DNA of 64,000 nucleotides from a virus (lineage: Duplodnaviria; Caudoviricetes). Position 1 is the stretch's first letter. Each line of letters starts with the position of its first letter. Location of the stretch: the IMG/VR virus record IMGVR_UViG_3300010283_000005, positions 78,408 to 142,407 of that record. One strand, 5' to 3'. Position numbers and translations under genes: made by a program. The notes beneath the pieces were generated by a model, which saw nothing but the letters and a program-made list of their open reading frames with translations, made no database searches and was not told the origin of the DNA. Below, piece after piece: positions 1-9,938 of the stretch.

Positions 1-1
1 C

Positions 2-553
2 AATATAGCTAAGGGCGGAGCAGGTGGCTCAGGTCCTTGTTCTGATGAAACTAAGGCTAAGATAAGTAAGTCACTTCGTGAGGGAGGTAAACTTGCTGGT
101 TCTAATAATCCAATGTATGGAGTATCTAGAACTGGACAGGATTCTCCTCATTATGGATGCAAGCATTCTCAAGAAACTCGTGAGTTATTGAGTAAACTAG
201 CTACAGGACGACCTAGTCCTATGAAAGGCAAGCATCTTAGTGAAGCTGCTAGAGCTAATATCAAAGCTGCAAGGCAGTACACTTCTGATGAATCTCGTAA
301 GAAAATGAGTGATGCTAAGCGTGGTCATAGCAACTGGACTGATGCTGGACGTCAGCAGATGAGCCAACGACTAATTGGCAATACTTATGCTTCAGCTTGC
401 AAGGGTCAGAAACGATCTGATGAAGCTAAGGCTAGGTACTCAGCAGTAGCTAAGAATCGACGCTGGATTCATAAGGATGGAGTAATCAAAGCAGTTCAAT
501 TAGAAGAACTTGATGCTTACCTAGCCGATGGATGGAAGAGAGGTAGAAAATGA
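2..553 (+). CDS. GIY-YIG/NUMOD3 homing endonuclease, 5'-truncated by the window edge
   Basis: The frame is open from base 2 (NIAKGG, the end of a GIY-YIG domain). NUMOD3-like repeats (KHSQETRELLS, KHLSEAARANI) follow, then a C-terminal WIHKDG..ELD.YL.DGWKRGR module shared with other HEGs in the window. Confidence 0.75.
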   Translation, partial: NIAKGGAGGSGPCSDETKAKISKSLREGGKLAGSNNPMYGVSRTGQDSPHYGCKHSQETRELLSKLATGRPSPMKGKHLSEAARANIKAARQYTSDESRKKMSDAKRGHSNWTDAGRQQMSQRLIGNTYASACKGQKRSDEAKARYSAVAKNRRWIHKDGVIKAVQLEELDAYLADGWKRGRK

Positions 554-714
554 TCAGGTATCATCCCATTTAACTATATAAGATATGAGGTAAACATTAT
601 GCCATCAAGCATAATCATCCGACTCATTGCTGAATATATGAATCTCATACTTCAGCTAATGGTAATAATCAACTTCAAATAACAACTTCGTAAATTAAGG
701 AAGGAGGATAAATA

Positions 715-3700
715 ATGCCTAAGACTTATCCTGGAGCTCCTTATTACGATGATTATGATCCTACTAAGGAATATGTACAGCAATTAGCATTACCTGGTAA
801 AGCTGAGCAGGCTAGAGAGTTCACTCAGATTCAGAGTATGCAGCTGGACTTCTTAGGAAGATTAGGTGATTCCATTTATACTAGTGGTACTATTATTGAT
901 GGATGTACCTTAATCATCAGTGATAAGAAAGCCGTAATTTCATCAGGACGTATCTATCTTGACGGATTAGTGCGAATCGTTGATGGAGCTACTCTGACAA
1001 TCAATGGAGTAGGTTCTGAGATCATTGGTGCTAAAGTCGTTACTTCAATTGTCACTGAGACTGAGGATGATTCACTACGTGATCCTGCTCAGGGATATGA
1101 AAACTATGGTCAGGAAGGTGCTCATCGTCTTAAGGAGCATGTAGTCTTCACTGTCAATGATGCAGAAGCAGCAGCAGTCTATCGATTAGAAGAAGGCGAG
1201 CTAGTAGCTGATTCTACTACTGGTGAAGGCAATATGCTGACAGATACCTTAGCTCGTAGAACTTATGAGGAAAATGGTAACTACAAGATTCGAGGTCTCG
1301 AACTTCGTGATCGTAATGAAACTCGTGATGGTCAGATCCTACTGTCAATGACTGAGGGTAAAGCTTACATCATGGGTTATGAAGTACCTAAGGAGACTGC
1401 TACTACAGTCCGACTCAATTATAGCCAGACTGTACGTGAGGTTCTAAGTGAGCCTAAGACTTATCAGAGTGCTCAGACTAAGTATAAGCTGAGCAATCAG
1501 CCAGTCAAGGAATTCACTAATGTCACTGCTATTGTTCAGGTAACTGATAATATCACTAGAGGTAACATTCAGGGTGGTATTGATTATCTGCTCAATACTC
1601 CAGTCGATTCTATTGTGAGCATCAGTGGATATGAACAGGGTACTGATTATCAGTTGACTAATGATGGTGTCGACTGGTCTCTACCTGGTAAAGAACCTGC
1701 TACTGGTACTACTTATGCTGTTACCTACACATATAGTAGATCCATGAAACTCGGAGAAGATATCCAGATGACCGAGGAGAATGGAGAGAATTATCTTGAG
1801 TTCTTGCCTGATGGTAAGAAGCCTAATCAGGGTACTCGATTCTACATTAGCTACACTTTCTACTTAGCTAGAAAGGACTTGGTATGCCTATCTAAGAATG
1901 GTGAAATCGTAATTCTCGAAGGTAAGCCTAACGTAGCTCGATTAACTGAATCAGAGATCAATCAGGATGATAATAATCTAGCAATCGGTAGTGTACTTAT
2001 CATGCCTAACTCCAGCAATGTAGAGATTATCAACTTTGATACAGTCAGATTATCTCAGTCTGACCTCTACAATGTGCGTAAGCGAGTAGATGACCTTGAG
2101 TACAATCAGGCTATGACTGATCTTGATACTGAAGCTGAGGAAGGTGAGGATGCTACTGAGCTAAAGGGCATCTTGACTGATGGATTCTTAGGTCTGAGTA
2201 AATGCGATACAACTCATCCTGAGTTCGATTGCACTATTGACCTTGATAATAATGAGCTAACTCTACCTTTGATCACTTCAGTCAATGCAGTTAAGCCTAA
2301 CCTAGATACTAAAGAGACTAATGTCTCAGTTCTAGGTGATGTCATTATGGCTCCTTATAAGGAAGTCATTGCTAAACAGCAGATTTATGCGACCACTTCG
2401 ATGCTAGTCAATCCTTATGCTGTCTATAATCCAATGAGCATCGTGAGATTATCACCTTCAGTTGATAACTGGATCGATACTAGTAAGATCGTAGTCAATA
2501 AGAAACAGACAGTTACTACTACACTTCGTAGATGGTGGTATCATCGTGGTGAGTCCTGGGCAGAATCTGAGAAGGCTAAGTGGCAGCAGCTAGGATTTGC
2601 TGATGGTGGTCAGTCGCTACAGTGGGCTAATGGTACTGCAACTTCTACTACCGTCACCTCTGCAGTCGTCCTTGATGAAGCTATCATGTACATGAGACAG
2701 ATTAAGGTCACTGTCACTGGTAGAAACTTCATTCCTAATGTGGATAATATCAAGTGTACTTTCAATGATACAGTAGTTCCGCTGACTCCTACTGATGCTA
2801 GCCTCAAGGGTACTCAGACTGGTACTGTCAAGGCTAATGCTAAGGGTCAGGTTTCTGCTACATTCACCGTTCCGCCTAACGTACCTTGTGGTAGTGTTGA
2901 GGTTAAGCTATCTTATGCTAATGGTGAAGGTTCTGCAATATATCAGGCTCAAGGTAGAAAGCAGATCATCCAGGATACAGTCCTGACAACTACTACAGTT
3001 GCTAAGACTACTGACCCTCTAGCTCAGTCATTCTCCTTCGAGGATGATACAGTTCTGACTAAGGTTGGTCTGTACTTCGCTTCCAAGGATCCTAATAAAT
3101 CGATTATCGTTCAGATTCGTAGTGTTGATAATGGTTATCCTGGTACTACTCTGTATACTTCTAAGGAGTTACGAGCTGAGGATGTCAAGGTATCTGGTAA
3201 TTCTAGTGCAGTTACTGAAGTCTCTTTCGATGATCCTGTCTACTGCAAGGCAGATACTCAGTACGCTATCTGCATCCTATCTGACTCTAATCTGTACTCT
3301 ATGTTCATTGCTGAGTTAGGCAAGATGGATGTACTAAGAGGTAACCTAGTTACTAGTCAGCCTTACACTAATGGTGTGCTATTCTCCTCAAGTAACAACT
3401 TGACTTGGACTGCTCATCAGACCATGGACCTCAAGTTCGACTTGTATAAGGCTCAGTACACTGGTAAAGGTACCATCATCTTCAATGATGTATCTGATAT
3501 CCAGATCAATAGACTGCTACTTGCAGCTCAAGCTATTGACTACAAGAATGCAGGTATCGAATGGTTCTATAAGATCGGTACTAATGGTTCTTGGCTACCG
3601 ATTGAGACCTACGTAGATCGAGATATTTCTTCAGTATCAGCTATTAATCGAGTCTCCTTGAAGGCAGTACTTAATGTAGCTTACTCAACTTCTCCGATCA

Positions 3701-4050
3701 TCGCTAAGGATTGCATCAACTTAATCGGATTCCTCGAAAAGAGTAAAGGTACTTACATCTCTCGTCAGGTGACTATGAGTGATGCATTCACTCGAGCTAG
3801 AATCATCATGGACATCGCTAAGCCGTCAGGTACTGCAGTTGATGTCTACATTATGACTGATGCTGGCACTAGCTGGCGTAAGGTGACTGATACTCCTACT
3901 GTGACTCCGGTCGATGAGGAATTTAGTACTTACGAGTGGACAATCAGTGGTCTCAATTCTAAGAACTACAGAGTTAAGATCGCAATGGAGACTTCTAATC
4001 CGTTGATCAAGCCTAGAATCCGTAAGTTACGTAACATCCTGAAGTATTAA
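715..4050 (+). CDS. Large baseplate/adsorption-associated tail protein (DUF4815-like)
   Basis: 1111 aa with N-terminal PYYDDYD...QARE..Q.QS, LARRTYEE.GNY and C-terminal DPLAQSF...AHQ..DLKF motifs typical of myovirus DUF4815 proteins; strong RBS. Confidence 0.8.
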   Translation: MPKTYPGAPYYDDYDPTKEYVQQLALPGKAEQAREFTQIQSMQLDFLGRLGDSIYTSGTIIDGCTLIISDKKAVISSGRIYLDGLVRIVDGATLTINGVGSEIIGAKVVTSIVTETEDDSLRDPAQGYENYGQEGAHRLKEHVVFTVNDAEAAAVYRLEEGELVADSTTGEGNMLTDTLARRTYEENGNYKIRGLELRDRNETRDGQILLSMTEGKAYIMGYEVPKETATTVRLNYSQTVREVLSEPKTYQSAQTKYKLSNQPVKEFTNVTAIVQVTDNITRGNIQGGIDYLLNTPVDSIVSISGYEQGTDYQLTNDGVDWSLPGKEPATGTTYAVTYTYSRSMKLGEDIQMTEENGENYLEFLPDGKKPNQGTRFYISYTFYLARKDLVCLSKNGEIVILEGKPNVARLTESEINQDDNNLAIGSVLIMPNSSNVEIINFDTVRLSQSDLYNVRKRVDDLEYNQAMTDLDTEAEEGEDATELKGILTDGFLGLSKCDTTHPEFDCTIDLDNNELTLPLITSVNAVKPNLDTKETNVSVLGDVIMAPYKEVIAKQQIYATTSMLVNPYAVYNPMSIVRLSPSVDNWIDTSKIVVNKKQTVTTTLRRWWYHRGESWAESEKAKWQQLGFADGGQSLQWANGTATSTTVTSAVVLDEAIMYMRQIKVTVTGRNFIPNVDNIKCTFNDTVVPLTPTDASLKGTQTGTVKANAKGQVSATFTVPPNVPCGSVEVKLSYANGEGSAIYQAQGRKQIIQDTVLTTTTVAKTTDPLAQSFSFEDDTVLTKVGLYFASKDPNKSIIVQIRSVDNGYPGTTLYTSKELRAEDVKVSGNSSAVTEVSFDDPVYCKADTQYAICILSDSNLYSMFIAELGKMDVLRGNLVTSQPYTNGVLFSSSNNLTWTAHQTMDLKFDLYKAQYTGKGTIIFNDVSDIQINRLLLAAQAIDYKNAGIEWFYKIGTNGSWLPIETYVDRDISSVSAINRVSLKAVLNVAYSTSPIIAKDCINLIGFLEKSKGTYISRQVTMSDAFTRARIIMDIAKPSGTAVDVYIMTDAGTSWRKVTDTPTVTPVDEEFSTYEWTISGLNSKNYRVKIAMETSNPLIKPRIRKLRNILKY

Positions 4051-4059
4051 GAATTCTAT

Positions 4060-4092
4060 GAGGACTAGGTGAGATACCCTAGTCCTCTATTT
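4060..4092 (+). terminator. Intrinsic terminator-like hairpin
   Basis: GAGGACTAGG/CCTAGTCCTC stem followed by TATTT, right after the 715-4050 stop. Confidence 0.6.
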
Positions 4093-4112
4093 GAAGAAGG
4101 AGGTAGTGCTGT

Positions 4113-4283
4113 ATGGCATATCGTAAGATTGATCCTGAAACAGGATTCATCGAGTACATTCGCACTCCTGAGGAGAATTCTATTATTCAGATGCGTCAGG
4201 AGAATGCAGAAATGAAAGCAGAGATTGAGAACTTGAAGAAGCAGTTATCTCAATCTAGTAATAATAATAAGAAGGAGGGATAA
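4113..4283 (+). CDS. Small coiled-coil tail-region protein (56 aa, not in ORF track)
   Basis: AAGGAGG RBS, then MAYRKIDPETGFIEYIRTPEENSIIQMRQENAEMKAEIENLKKQL...; fills the gap between two tail genes. Confidence 0.75.
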   Translation: MAYRKIDPETGFIEYIRTPEENSIIQMRQENAEMKAEIENLKKQLSQSSNNNKKEG

Positions 4284-4286
4284 CCT

Positions 4287-6275
4287 ATGGGTGACAATAG
4301 AGTAACTTCAACTATGGTCGAACTGAATATGAGTAGGGGTGACCAAGCTACTCTTAGAGACTTTCTAGATACTAGTAAGGTCCTACCTATAGGTGCATTC
4401 TGCAAGACTTCTGTAGCTCAAGCTATTACAGATGCTATCAACTACTTAACTGCTAAGCAAGATGGTGGTGTCTATGTTCCAGCTGATAAATCCAATAAGG
4501 CTACTCAGATTGTATCTTCAATTGACAAATCAGGTAAGTTGAAGATCAATTATATCACTTCTAATTACCGTTATCCTATCAATAAAGAAGCTCGTCCATT
4601 CACTGGAGATGCTTGGCAGATCGGTGACTTAGTATATAATACTGACACTGATGAGAATAAATGCCTAGGATGGGTATGTACAGAAGCAGGTATCCCTGGA
4701 TCGTGGGGAGTAATCGGATTTATTAGGAGCTGGGCTACTGAGCTTGAAGAAGTGACTGCATTGCCTGATCCAGGTCCAATGCAGATCAATCGTCAGGTAG
4801 TATGTGCTGGTAGAGCTTACATCTGCAAGCTAGTAGATGGTGAGTACAACTGGTACTGGATGGACTATGCTTATGGTAATAGCAGTCAGCATCCTACTAC
4901 TGACCTACGAGTAGGACTCCCTTACTACAATATACAGACAGGCTTACCTGAGTGGTGGAATGGTTCAGAATGGGTAGCAGTAGCTAAGGCTAACCATACT
5001 CATGAAGACCTAGGTGCATCAGATACTCCTAAATATCTGACTAAGTCAGTAGAGAATACTAATGATAAGCTGATCTATCTACCTAATTCTCGAGAAGGAT
5101 TCCTGTCAGTCAATTTAATCGGTAAACCTGGCATGGTAGCTAGTGAACTGAGTATCTCTTCACTAGAGAATCAGGCTAAGTTTGATGAATTAGTCAAACT
5201 CGATGATACTAATTCTAGTTATCAAGTTGATGGTGATACTCTGACCTTAGTTAAGAGTACTGACTCAACTGCTCAGATTCAAGTAGCTAAGATTCCTATC
5301 CGAGTCAAAGCAGGAGCTCAGTATCGATGCTACTATGATCTCGAGACTACTAATGAAGCTAAAATCATCGTAGGTATGAAGAAGACTGGAATCGTAGCTT
5401 CATTCAAACCTGATGGTAGTGTCGAGTGCAACTTTGATGGTACTGAAGATACTGATGCTGAGCTAGTCTTCATGTTTGATCTTAATACTAAGATCAATAG
5501 CATTGCTTACATAAAGAATTTCTTCTTAGTAGACATCGCTAATAAATCAGTTGACTTCGTACTTGAAGATTACATCCCAGGTCAAGAACTCAGATGCGTT
5601 AGGAATTATGCAGCTGATGAGCTTATTGATAATGTCTTCTATAAGAGAGTAGTCGACCTTAAGCTGTATACTTATGGTGATGAGGTAGAGTTCGCAAACC
5701 AAGGTACATTTGCTAATGATGGATATTTAGTTATCCTTCAGAATCATAAGCATTCTTACTTAGGTAGATCAATGTATGTGCCTAAGGATGATCAAACTGC
5801 ATCTGCAATTAAGATCAGCGGATTCAGTACTGAGGCTTATGATAAGGTACGTTTAGGTAGTACTGATGGACTCAAGATCGGAATCAGTTCTGAAGGTATG
5901 GTAGCTTACAACATTCCTAATAGTTTAGTAGGTAATTATTCTGTAACCTATTACTTGAAGTACTTAGCTGAGAAGATCAATACAGCTTCTATAATTCCAT
6001 TAGCAGAACCAGTAGTTAGTGAGTTAGTAATGTATCCAGCTCCTATTAGATGCCATACTCGTGGTGTCTTATTACTGAGTAAGTTTAATGTGAACTTAGA
6101 TATCAAGTATCCTGCTAATGCTGCTGCAGTGACTGAGATGACTGCTGATATCTTGCAGAAGGTTGCTAATCAGAGAATCAAGTACAATGAAGCTCCTCTA
6201 AGCTGGTCTGATAAGATCACTTGGGGTACAGCTGCAAAAAATAATAAGAATTGGAGAGGTGAGAAGAATGCCTAA
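4287..6275 (+). CDS. Tail fibre/spike-like structural protein
   Basis: GDAWQIGDLVYN...GWVCTEAGIPGSW and PEWWNGSEWV motifs seen in tail fibre modules; position in the tail operon. Confidence 0.6.
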   Translation: MGDNRVTSTMVELNMSRGDQATLRDFLDTSKVLPIGAFCKTSVAQAITDAINYLTAKQDGGVYVPADKSNKATQIVSSIDKSGKLKINYITSNYRYPINKEARPFTGDAWQIGDLVYNTDTDENKCLGWVCTEAGIPGSWGVIGFIRSWATELEEVTALPDPGPMQINRQVVCAGRAYICKLVDGEYNWYWMDYAYGNSSQHPTTDLRVGLPYYNIQTGLPEWWNGSEWVAVAKANHTHEDLGASDTPKYLTKSVENTNDKLIYLPNSREGFLSVNLIGKPGMVASELSISSLENQAKFDELVKLDDTNSSYQVDGDTLTLVKSTDSTAQIQVAKIPIRVKAGAQYRCYYDLETTNEAKIIVGMKKTGIVASFKPDGSVECNFDGTEDTDAELVFMFDLNTKINSIAYIKNFFLVDIANKSVDFVLEDYIPGQELRCVRNYAADELIDNVFYKRVVDLKLYTYGDEVEFANQGTFANDGYLVILQNHKHSYLGRSMYVPKDDQTASAIKISGFSTEAYDKVRLGSTDGLKIGISSEGMVAYNIPNSLVGNYSVTYYLKYLAEKINTASIIPLAEPVVSELVMYPAPIRCHTRGVLLLSKFNVNLDIKYPANAAAVTEMTADILQKVANQRIKYNEAPLSWSDKITWGTAAKNNKNWRGEKNA

Positions 6276-7641
6276 AGTTAATTTTGACTACATTGGTAGT
6301 AATGAACAATTAAGTCCTGCCAAGGTCAACGCTAACTTCCAGACACTAGAGAATATGATTAACTCTGGTGAGCTAAGTGGCGGTGGCGGAGGTGGTACTG
6401 TCACGGGTTCTGAGTATGGAGTTGAATGGGATATCACTAATAAAAGATTCACTAGACTGAATAATGCATTAGGATTGTCTGCTACGCTCGGATCCAATGG
6501 CATTGTCAGCTCAGATTTTGATAATGTCTACCCTTGGTCGGAGATGAGACGATGCAATCTAAGTGATGACGGAGTAGTCACTGCCTACTACGGAGACTCG
6601 AATTTCTCAGAGACTGGATCTAATGGTCAGGTCATGGTCGAGATTCCTAAGTTCTATTATAAGACAATTCCAGTAGCCTACACAGTGAGCAATGGAGATG
6701 TAGTTCCTACTAAAGTACAGTTCTACATATCTGATGCTAAACTGGATGGATACTCTCTTCATCCAGCATTTATCCGAGATAATGTCATCCTTGATTATAT
6801 CTACCTTGGAGCGTATGAAGCATCTGTCTACGATGTATCAGCTGCTAGGTATGTAGCTGACTTCGGATTCGATGGTGCTAATGATATCCTCGGATCAGTC
6901 AAAGGTCTCAAGCCAGTAAGTGGAAAGACTTCTACTTTCACTAGAGCAATTGCTCGTAATATGGCTCGTAGACGTGGTGCTGGATGGGAACAGCAGGATT
7001 TCTTATCCACTAGTGCAGTTCAGCTCATGATGTTGATAGAATTCGCATCATTCGATAGTCAGACTGATATTGGTGCAGGTGTCTCTAATAAGACTGATGA
7101 TGGATCCAGTAACATGGCTGAAAATACTGGATACACCTCTGAATTAGGTAATAAATCTGGTAATGCTGCTACTTCTAGTAGCTCTTATAGAGCAGTTACT
7201 TATCGTGGTATTGAGAACCTATGGGGCAATATTTGGGTATGGATCGATGGCATCAATATCCAGAACAGTAGCCTTGGGTATCCTTGGATTGCTGATCATG
7301 GATTCGCTGATGATATCATGACTGAACCATATCATCGGATCAATGGTAAGATTCCTGCATCTGATGGATACATCGATAAGCTTATTTATGATGTATCCAA
7401 TGACTTTGCAATGCTACCTTCTTCAGCTGGTGGTGCATCAAATACTCCTGTCAACAGCTATATGTGGCAGAGAGTAGCATCTACTTCAATGATGGTGGCT
7501 GGGCTTGGTGGTAGCTGGCTTTATGGCTCTGCTTGTGGTGGCTGGGGCTGGGGTCTGGCTTATGCCTCTTCTTATTCTGGTCGGGATATCGGGGCTCGGC
7601 TTGGATTCTACAAGAAGACGACTCATGCTCAAGCTGCGTAA
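6268..7641 (+). CDS. DGR target: receptor-binding/tail fibre protein with C-terminal C-type-lectin-fold variable domain
   Basis: YRGIENLWGNIWVWIDG and GGSW..GS.CG...S...IGARL CLec motifs; the 3' end contains the VR. Probable start is ATG 6268 after GGAGAGG. Confidence 0.9.
   Translation: MPKVNFDYIGSNEQLSPAKVNANFQTLENMINSGELSGGGGGGTVTGSEYGVEWDITNKRFTRLNNALGLSATLGSNGIVSSDFDNVYPWSEMRRCNLSDDGVVTAYYGDSNFSETGSNGQVMVEIPKFYYKTIPVAYTVSNGDVVPTKVQFYISDAKLDGYSLHPAFIRDNVILDYIYLGAYEASVYDVSAARYVADFGFDGANDILGSVKGLKPVSGKTSTFTRAIARNMARRRGAGWEQQDFLSTSAVQLMMLIEFASFDSQTDIGAGVSNKTDDGSSNMAENTGYTSELGNKSGNAATSSSSYRAVTYRGIENLWGNIWVWIDGINIQNSSLGYPWIADHGFADDIMTEPYHRINGKIPASDGYIDKLIYDVSNDFAMLPSSAGGASNTPVNSYMWQRVASTSMMVAGLGGSWLYGSACGGWGWGLAYASSYSGRDIGARLGFYKKTTHAQAA
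7495..7609 (+). repeat. DGR variable repeat (VR)
   Basis: 115-nt gapless alignment to 7818-7932 with 26 mismatches, 25 of them at TR adenines. Confidence 0.97.
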
Positions 7642-7645
7642 TCGG

Positions 7646-7664
7646 TGCTAATTAAAAATTAGCA
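7646..7664 (+). other. Hairpin downstream of VR (candidate DGR target-recognition hairpin)
   Basis: TGCTAATT-AAA-AATTAGCA is a perfect 8-bp inverted repeat just after the target stop codon. Confidence 0.55.
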
Positions 7665-7680
7665 TCTTTCCTATAAATTG

Positions 7681-8020
7681 TAGGTTATATCCTATGAGTG
7701 ACCGATGGTACTAACCATAATTGATCGCAGGTGATTTGATCACTTGTTCCATGAACCTAGAACTGCTCAGTCGCATCTATGTAATTTATGGGAGGGAATC
7801 CCTCCCATAAATTTCAAGTGGCTAAACTTGGTGGTAACTGGAATAATGGCTCTAATTGTGGTAGCTGGTACTGGAATCTGAATAATACCTCTTCTAATTC
7901 TAATCGGAATATCGGAGCTCAGCTTAAATTCTTACTATAATATTGGATATGGTGTAGGATATGACCTGACCTCTCGGTCGAACATAAAAATAGCAGAACT
8001 TTAATCTGTGTTAGTAGGTC
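7681..8020 (+). ncRNA. Structured DGR template RNA surrounding TR
   Basis: 7681-7694 pairs with 7955-7968 (14 bp, 2 G-U). There is a perfect 15-bp inverted repeat at 7783-7813 and hairpins at 7728-7746 and 7968-7979. Boundaries are approximate. Confidence 0.6.
7818..7932 (+). repeat. DGR template repeat (TR)
   Basis: Non-coding AAT/AAC-rich copy of VR located between the target gene and the RT. Confidence 0.97.
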
Positions 8021-8118
8021 CTTCATTTTATGATTTATATTATACATTGATGTGGCTCGGACGCTCAGAACTGCGTAAGAATCCAATAAATAAATACAAA
8101 GGAGGATAACCTCGAGGT

Positions 8119-9216
8119 ATGAAACGCATCGGGAATCTATACGATGAAGTATGTAGTATCGAGAACCTGCGTGAAGCACATCAGCGTGCACGTAAAGGTA
8201 AAGGATGGTACGCTGAGGTAATTGCTGTCGATAATGACTTGGATAATAAACTTGAAGAATTGTCCAAGATGATGAAAGAACACCGCTACCGTACTAGTGA
8301 GTATACGATCTTTAAGAAGAAGGAAGGTAAGAAAGTCAGAGAAATCTGTAAACTTCCTTATTATCCTGATCGAATCGCTCAATGGGCAGTAATGCTCGTA
8401 ATTGAGAAGTATCTCACTAAGAATCTGATTATTGATACATACTCAGCAATCAAGGGTAGAGGAATTCATAAAGGTCTCAAGAAGATCAAAGAATGCATAC
8501 TTAATGATGCTGAAGGGACTAAGTACTGCTTAAAGATGGATGTTCATCATTACTACGCAAGTATTAATCATGATATCCTCAAAGCTACTTTCGCTAGATT
8601 ATTTAAAGATCCAGACTTATTATGGCTGATCGGAGAGATTATCGATTCTACTCCGGGAGATACTGGTATTCCAATCGGTAATTATTTATCGCAATGGAGT
8701 GGCAATATCTACTTGAGTAGGCTAGATCACTGGCTGAAAGAAGTTAAGCATGTCAAGTATTACTTCCGATACATGGATGACATGATCATCCTATGTGATA
8801 GTAAAGAAACCTTGCATCAACTGAGAAAAGATATCTCTGAGTACTTAGAGACTAATCTTAAACTGAAACTTAAATCTAACTGGCAAGTCTTCCCTACTTT
8901 AGTAAGAGGAATTGACTTCTTAGGATACAGATTCTTCCGTGATTATGTATTACTGAGACAATCTATCGCTGATAAGTTCAAATCTACTATGCTTAAGATT
9001 AAGCATAAGTTAGTTACTGGAAAGTCCATCACTTACCATGACTTCTGCTCAGCTAATAGCTATAAGGGATGGCTAAAGCACTGTGATTCATGGCGAATAA
9101 GACTTAAGTATATAGTACCTATTCAACCTAGTCTAGATGACTATTATAGAAAGGAGATCAAGAATCATGGAACCAAAACGAATCGATTATCAGGTCCAGT
9201 CTACTGTCAAGCCTGA
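8119..9216 (+). CDS. DGR reverse transcriptase
   Basis: LKMDVHHYY, GIPIGNYLSQ (DGR-type IGxxxSQ), YFRYMDD and GIDFLGY motifs; adjacent to TR. Confidence 0.95.
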   Translation: MKRIGNLYDEVCSIENLREAHQRARKGKGWYAEVIAVDNDLDNKLEELSKMMKEHRYRTSEYTIFKKKEGKKVREICKLPYYPDRIAQWAVMLVIEKYLTKNLIIDTYSAIKGRGIHKGLKKIKECILNDAEGTKYCLKMDVHHYYASINHDILKATFARLFKDPDLLWLIGEIIDSTPGDTGIPIGNYLSQWSGNIYLSRLDHWLKEVKHVKYYFRYMDDMIILCDSKETLHQLRKDISEYLETNLKLKLKSNWQVFPTLVRGIDFLGYRFFRDYVLLRQSIADKFKSTMLKIKHKLVTGKSITYHDFCSANSYKGWLKHCDSWRIRLKYIVPIQPSLDDYYRKEIKNHGTKTNRLSGPVYCQA

Positions 9217-9919
9217 TGCTATTGCTATGACTGACTTCGAAGTCTTTATCAGAACTAACATCTCTGCTAAAGAAGTAGAAGATGAGATGTCCTCTAGTAG
9301 CAAGAAGAAATCTACTCATACGATGTATATCTATACTGAAATTGTATATGATAAGAACGAGTACTTCACTAAGCTAGCAGAATCTACTGATCTACCAGTA
9401 GTGGTCGATCGAGCTGCTATGTCAGATGAAGACCTAATTGCTTACCTCAAGAATTACTTCAATCAGAAGTGCGAAGATGCACTAGCAGTTGGTATTGAAG
9501 TTGATGTACCTGACTTAGGTAGAAAAAACTTCAGCTGCAAGCTAGAAGATCAGGTCAATATCGAAGCTATAGCTAAGGGCATCACTGCTGATACTACTGA
9601 GGTTTATTATCACTCCAATGGTGATAAATGCCGTCTGTATGATGTAGCTACCTTTGCAGAGATCACTGGTAAGGTGTTCGTATGCAAGTACCAGCAGACT
9701 GCATACTGTAATCTACTCAAATCCTATGTAGAGGGTGAAGCTACTGCGGATGAGCGTAGAACTATCGAGTATGGAGATGTACCTTCTGAGGAGTTCAGCA
9801 ATGAGCTATCTAAGATCGTACTGCAAGGAGTTACTTCTACTGCAGCTAGCTTCCTTACTCCAAATGAGACTTTCAACAAAGTCATCGAGTCACTAGTTTC
9901 TCAGTTAACTAGCAATTAA
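9167..9919 (+). CDS. Tail fibre-associated/assembly protein (DUF4376-like C-terminus)
   Basis: Probable ATG 9167 after AAGGAG; FSCKLEDQVNI...YHSNGDKCRLY pattern. Not Avd-like in size or motifs. Confidence 0.5.
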   Translation: MEPKRIDYQVQSTVKPDAIAMTDFEVFIRTNISAKEVEDEMSSSSKKKSTHTMYIYTEIVYDKNEYFTKLAESTDLPVVVDRAAMSDEDLIAYLKNYFNQKCEDALAVGIEVDVPDLGRKNFSCKLEDQVNIEAIAKGITADTTEVYYHSNGDKCRLYDVATFAEITGKVFVCKYQQTAYCNLLKSYVEGEATADERRTIEYGDVPSEEFSNELSKIVLQGVTSTAASFLTPNETFNKVIESLVSQLTSN

Positions 9920-9938
9920 CTAGAAAGTAGGTGATAAC

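Noticed and set aside
7919-8191. Minus-strand 90-aa ORF over the TR/RT junction
   Set aside because: Antisense to the RT and DGR RNA, with no recognisable motif.
8119-9216. Group II intron or retron RT
   Set aside because: It has no maturase/endonuclease extension or retron VTG motif; IGxxxSQ and the TR/VR pair identify a DGR.
9167-9919. Avd accessory protein
   Set aside because: At about 250 aa and acidic, with tail-assembly-like motifs, it is unlike the small basic four-helix Avd; not formally excluded without a structure search.
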